From Acidimicrobiaceae bacterium (GTDB lineage: Bacteria; Actinomycetota; Acidimicrobiia; Acidimicrobiales; Bog-793), in the NCBI GenBank assembly GCA_003136185.1, contig PLDN01000108.1, positions 7,312-71,311 of the forward strand: a DNA stretch of 64,000 nt. The letters run 5' to 3'. The translations under genes were made by a program, and so were the position numbers. Of the stretch, positions 61,510 to 64,000 are shown one piece after another (within the stretch, counting starts at the first letter, position 1; each line of letters starts with the position of its first letter). The notes under the pieces are model-generated. The model was not told where the DNA came from, made no database searches, and worked only from the letters and a program-made list of their open reading frames with translations.

Positions 61510-62283
61510 GTGAGCGACCGGGAGCTACTCATCAGCGGCAACTGGAAGATGAACCACACTCACTTCGACGCCATCCAGTTCGTCCAGACTCTGGCGGCAC
61601 TCTTGCGTGCGAATCCGCTCCGGGCTGGCAGGGCGCTATCGGTGCACCCGTCCTTCACGGCGTTGCGGTCCGTGCAGACTGCACTCGAGTCGGACGGCGT
61701 GCCGGTCTCACTCGGTGCTCAGAACTGCCACGAGGCGGAAAAGGGAGCCTTCACCGGGGAGGTGAGCGCCGAAATGCTCGCGAAGCTCAACGTCTCGTAC
61801 GTGATCGTCGGCCACTCCGAGCGCCGCCAGCTCTTCGGCGAGACCGACGAGGCGGTCCGGGCGAAGGTGGACGCCGTATGCCGCCACTCGATGACGCCGA
61901 TCCTCTGCGTCGGAGAGACCCTCGAAGAGCGCGAAGCCGGCCAAGCTCACGCGAAGGTCTCGCAGCAGCTCGAAGCTGCGCTCAAGGGGCGCTCGCGCGC
62001 TGCGGTGGCGGATCTCGTCGTCGCCTATGAGCCGATTTGGGCGATCGGGACAGGGCTGACGGCGTCGAGTGACGACGCGGAGAAGATGGCCGCCCACATC
62101 CGCAACGAGATCGAGCAGCTGTCGGGCAGCGAGGCGTCATCTTCGGTGAGGGTGCAATACGGCGGCTCGGTGACCCCGGAGAGTGCCGGCGAGCTGCTTC
62201 GTTGTCAGGACGTCGACGGGCTGCTCGTCGGTGGGGCAAGCCTCAAGGCCGAGAGCCTCTACGAGATCGCGCGGGCGCGCTGA
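61510..62283 (+). CDS. tpiA: Triosephosphate isomerase
   Basis: GTG 61510. LISGNWKMNH, GAFTGEVSAEML, VIVGHSERR, VAYEPIWAIGTG, YGGSVTP. Confidence 0.95.
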   Translation: MSDRELLISGNWKMNHTHFDAIQFVQTLAALLRANPLRAGRALSVHPSFTALRSVQTALESDGVPVSLGAQNCHEAEKGAFTGEVSAEMLAKLNVSYVIVGHSERRQLFGETDEAVRAKVDAVCRHSMTPILCVGETLEEREAGQAHAKVSQQLEAALKGRSRAAVADLVVAYEPIWAIGTGLTASSDDAEKMAAHIRNEIEQLSGSEASSSVRVQYGGSVTPESAGELLRCQDVDGLLVGGASLKAESLYEIARAR

Positions 62284-62371
62284 GGCTAGGGCGCTTTGCG
62301 CCGGTGGTAGCGTCTATGTCCGCCGAGGAGCGATTTCTGCGCTCCACTCATCTCCTAGGAGGTCACTGCCC

Positions 62372-62602
62372 GTGCTTACCGACGCCCTGGTGGTCGTCGA
62401 CGTGGTTGCTGCGCTCGGGCTGATCGTGCTGATCCTCTTGCACAGCGGGCGCGGGGGTGGCCTGTCGGACATGTTCGGTGCCTCGGCCGGGTCCTCGGCG
62501 GCAGGATCGACCGTGGCCGAGCGCAACCTTGACCGGATCACGATCACGTTTGTCCTGGTCTTCGTCTTCGTGACGATCTCGCTCGCTCTTCGGTGGAGTT
62601 GA
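62372..62602 (+). CDS. secG: Preprotein translocase subunit SecG
   Basis: GGAGG lies 9 nt before GTG 62372. LIVLILLHSGRGGGLSDMFGAS and two TM helices. 76 aa. Confidence 0.88.
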   Translation: MLTDALVVVDVVAALGLIVLILLHSGRGGGLSDMFGASAGSSAAGSTVAERNLDRITITFVLVFVFVTISLALRWS

Positions 62603-64000
62603 GGCGGGGCATAACTGCTCGCCTTTCGCCCGCCCCGCTTCTCGTAGCGCTGGCAGCAGCGCTGCTCATTGCGGGATGTAGTGCCCCTGCCGCCTCGCCC
62701 GGCTCGGTGACCCAGTCGACGCTGCCAGGTGGCTATTCGATAGATACCGACGGGACCGTCACCGTCGGCGTCACGTCGCTGCCGACGAACTTCAACCCGT
62801 CCACACCGGCAGGAGACAACCGCATCACCCAACTCGTGATGGAGCAGGTCTGGCCACAGCCCTTCGTGACCGAGCCTGGCTTCGGGGTCGAGAACTCAGG
62901 TCTGCTGGAAAGCGCGGAGGTCCAGGGCGTTTCCCCTCTGACCGTTGTCTACGTCATCAACCCGAAGGCGGTCTGGTCAGATGGCGTTCCTATTACTGTC
63001 GCTGACTTCGAATATTCGTGGCACGAGCACCTCTTGAGCTCGGCCCCGTTGCCAGACTCGGGCCTAGTGGCTGGATACCGCGACATCGCGTCCATCGTCG
63101 GCTCAGATAAAGGTGACACCGTCACAGTCACGTTCAGCCAGCCCTTCTCGCAGTGGCAATCGCTCTTCGCCAACCTGGTTCCGGCACATGTCGCAGAGGC
63201 GTACGGCTGGTCTGCGGCCTTTACGGGGTACACGCCCGATCGCGTGATCTCCGGCGGTCCGTTCGAGGTGACGTCGTATGTCGCGGGGAAATATCTCGTG
63301 CTCAGCCGTAATCCTCGTTACTGGGGCACGAGGGCTCACGTCGCACATATACGTTTCGTCGTCGAGCAATCGCAATCGGCTCTCGTCAGCGGGCTCACGT
63401 CGGGCCAGCTGTCGGTCGCCGAGGTGGCAGCGTCGCAATCCGAACCGAACGTGCTCGCAGCAGGTGCCGTCGGGATTAAGGACTCGAGCCCGGGGAATGG
63501 CGCATCATCGAGGGCGCTCGAGTGGACCGGGACGACGGCAAGCGAGATCTGGCAGCTCTGCTTCAACTTCGACGATCCGCTGATCTCGAACGTCGCTGTG
63601 CGGCGCGGCATCGAGCACTCGCTCGACCCGAGCGAGATAGTCGCGGACTCAGAGGATCTGGTTGACCCTGCCATCTCGGTGGCTGACTCGCGACTCGCGC
63701 TCGCGGGGGAGAACTCGAGTAAGAGCTCATCCGGCGCGGCTCCGGCTGCCCCGCGCACACCGGTGCTGTACGAGCCTGCGGTCGCACTCGCCTTGTTCCG
63801 CCAGGCCGGCTACACGCCGGGCGCGGGCGGCCTGCTCCGCCTGGCGGGCGTCGACGCACCGCTCGTGGTCACGTTGTTGGAGCCGAGAGGCGACTGGCCC
63901 GTAGACCAAGCCGGGCTGGAGATCCAAGGCGAGCTCCGTGCGTTGGGGGTCACCGTCCACCTCCAGAGGCGTGAGCTCTCAGCGATGCTTTCGAAGCTGC
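62599..64000 (+). CDS. ABC transporter substrate-binding lipoprotein, family 5 (3' end outside the window)
   Basis: The frame is open from TTG 62599 (overlapping the secG stop) to the window end, so it is absent from the ORF track. It starts LRRGITARLSPAPLLVALAAALLIAGC|SAP (lipobox). The SBP_bac_5-like body includes VWSDGVPITVADFEYSW, VSGGPFEV, LSRNPRYWG. Confidence 0.8.
   Translation, partial: MRRGITARLSPAPLLVALAAALLIAGCSAPAASPGSVTQSTLPGGYSIDTDGTVTVGVTSLPTNFNPSTPAGDNRITQLVMEQVWPQPFVTEPGFGVENSGLLESAEVQGVSPLTVVYVINPKAVWSDGVPITVADFEYSWHEHLLSSAPLPDSGLVAGYRDIASIVGSDKGDTVTVTFSQPFSQWQSLFANLVPAHVAEAYGWSAAFTGYTPDRVISGGPFEVTSYVAGKYLVLSRNPRYWGTRAHVAHIRFVVEQSQSALVSGLTSGQLSVAEVAASQSEPNVLAAGAVGIKDSSPGNGASSRALEWTGTTASEIWQLCFNFDDPLISNVAVRRGIEHSLDPSEIVADSEDLVDPAISVADSRLALAGENSSKSSSGAAPAAPRTPVLYEPAVALALFRQAGYTPGAGGLLRLAGVDAPLVVTLLEPRGDWPVDQAGLEIQGELRALGVTVHLQRRELSAMLSKL

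Noticed and set aside
61486-61523. 14-nt near-duplicate gtcgtgagc(a/g)accg at the pgk stop and tpiA start
   Set aside because: It is too short to be meaningful. It is explained by two similar stop/start contexts (tcgTGA / GTGagc) 19 nt apart.

Overview
This is a high-GC actinobacterial chromosome segment. The gene order parallels Mycobacterium and Streptomyces: rplT-trmH-pheS-pheT; pdtaR ... polA-rpsA-[insert]-coaE-uvrB-uvrA; uvrC-rapZ-yvcK-gap-pgk-tpiA-secG. A mycothiol-type DinB enzyme is also present. I can support about 60 protein genes and one tRNA-Leu(CAA). I saw no rRNA and no CRISPR array.

Core blocks:
- Translation genes: L20, PheRS, S1.
- A minus-strand FAS-II operon (fabD-fabH-fabG-acpP-fabF) that continues into a UbiB kinase and a six-repeat protein.
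- A fused ECF-type transporter plus its T component.
- An ANTAR response regulator.
- A MacB-type exporter.
- A DtxR-family repressor head-to-head with polA.
- Nucleotide excision repair genes uvrA, uvrB and uvrC.
- nadA.
- The glycolytic gap-pgk-tpiA-secG block.

The accessory part is about 18 kb wedged between rpsA (ends 27524) and coaE (starts 45641). It contains:
1. A decayed patch at 27.6-29.2 kb. It holds an orphan Phd-like antitoxin N-terminus behind a perfect 22-nt palindrome, and a frame-broken gene whose segments read like Cas1 in the right order. No cas2, effector genes or array accompany it.
2. A divergent pair of Thr-rich envelope proteins, one of them a phosphodiester-glycosidase lipoprotein.
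3. A possible IS110-like remnant.
4. A five-gene peptide-type ABC importer.
5. A translationally coupled five-gene envelope-glycan cluster: an ArnT/PMT-like GT-C, a PIG-V-like mannosyltransferase, a Glf-like flavoenzyme, a GT4 and an AT3-SGNH acyltransferase. It runs straight into coaE.

Other points worth a second look:
- FabD is fused to a lysine-less biotinyl/lipoyl-like domain.
- whiA is absent between yvcK and gap.
- The DtxR homologue lacks the Met/Cys metal ligands.
- The nadA leader is structured.
- An AcpH-like phosphodiesterase is present.

All family calls come from reading motifs by eye and from memory of the families. No database search was run.
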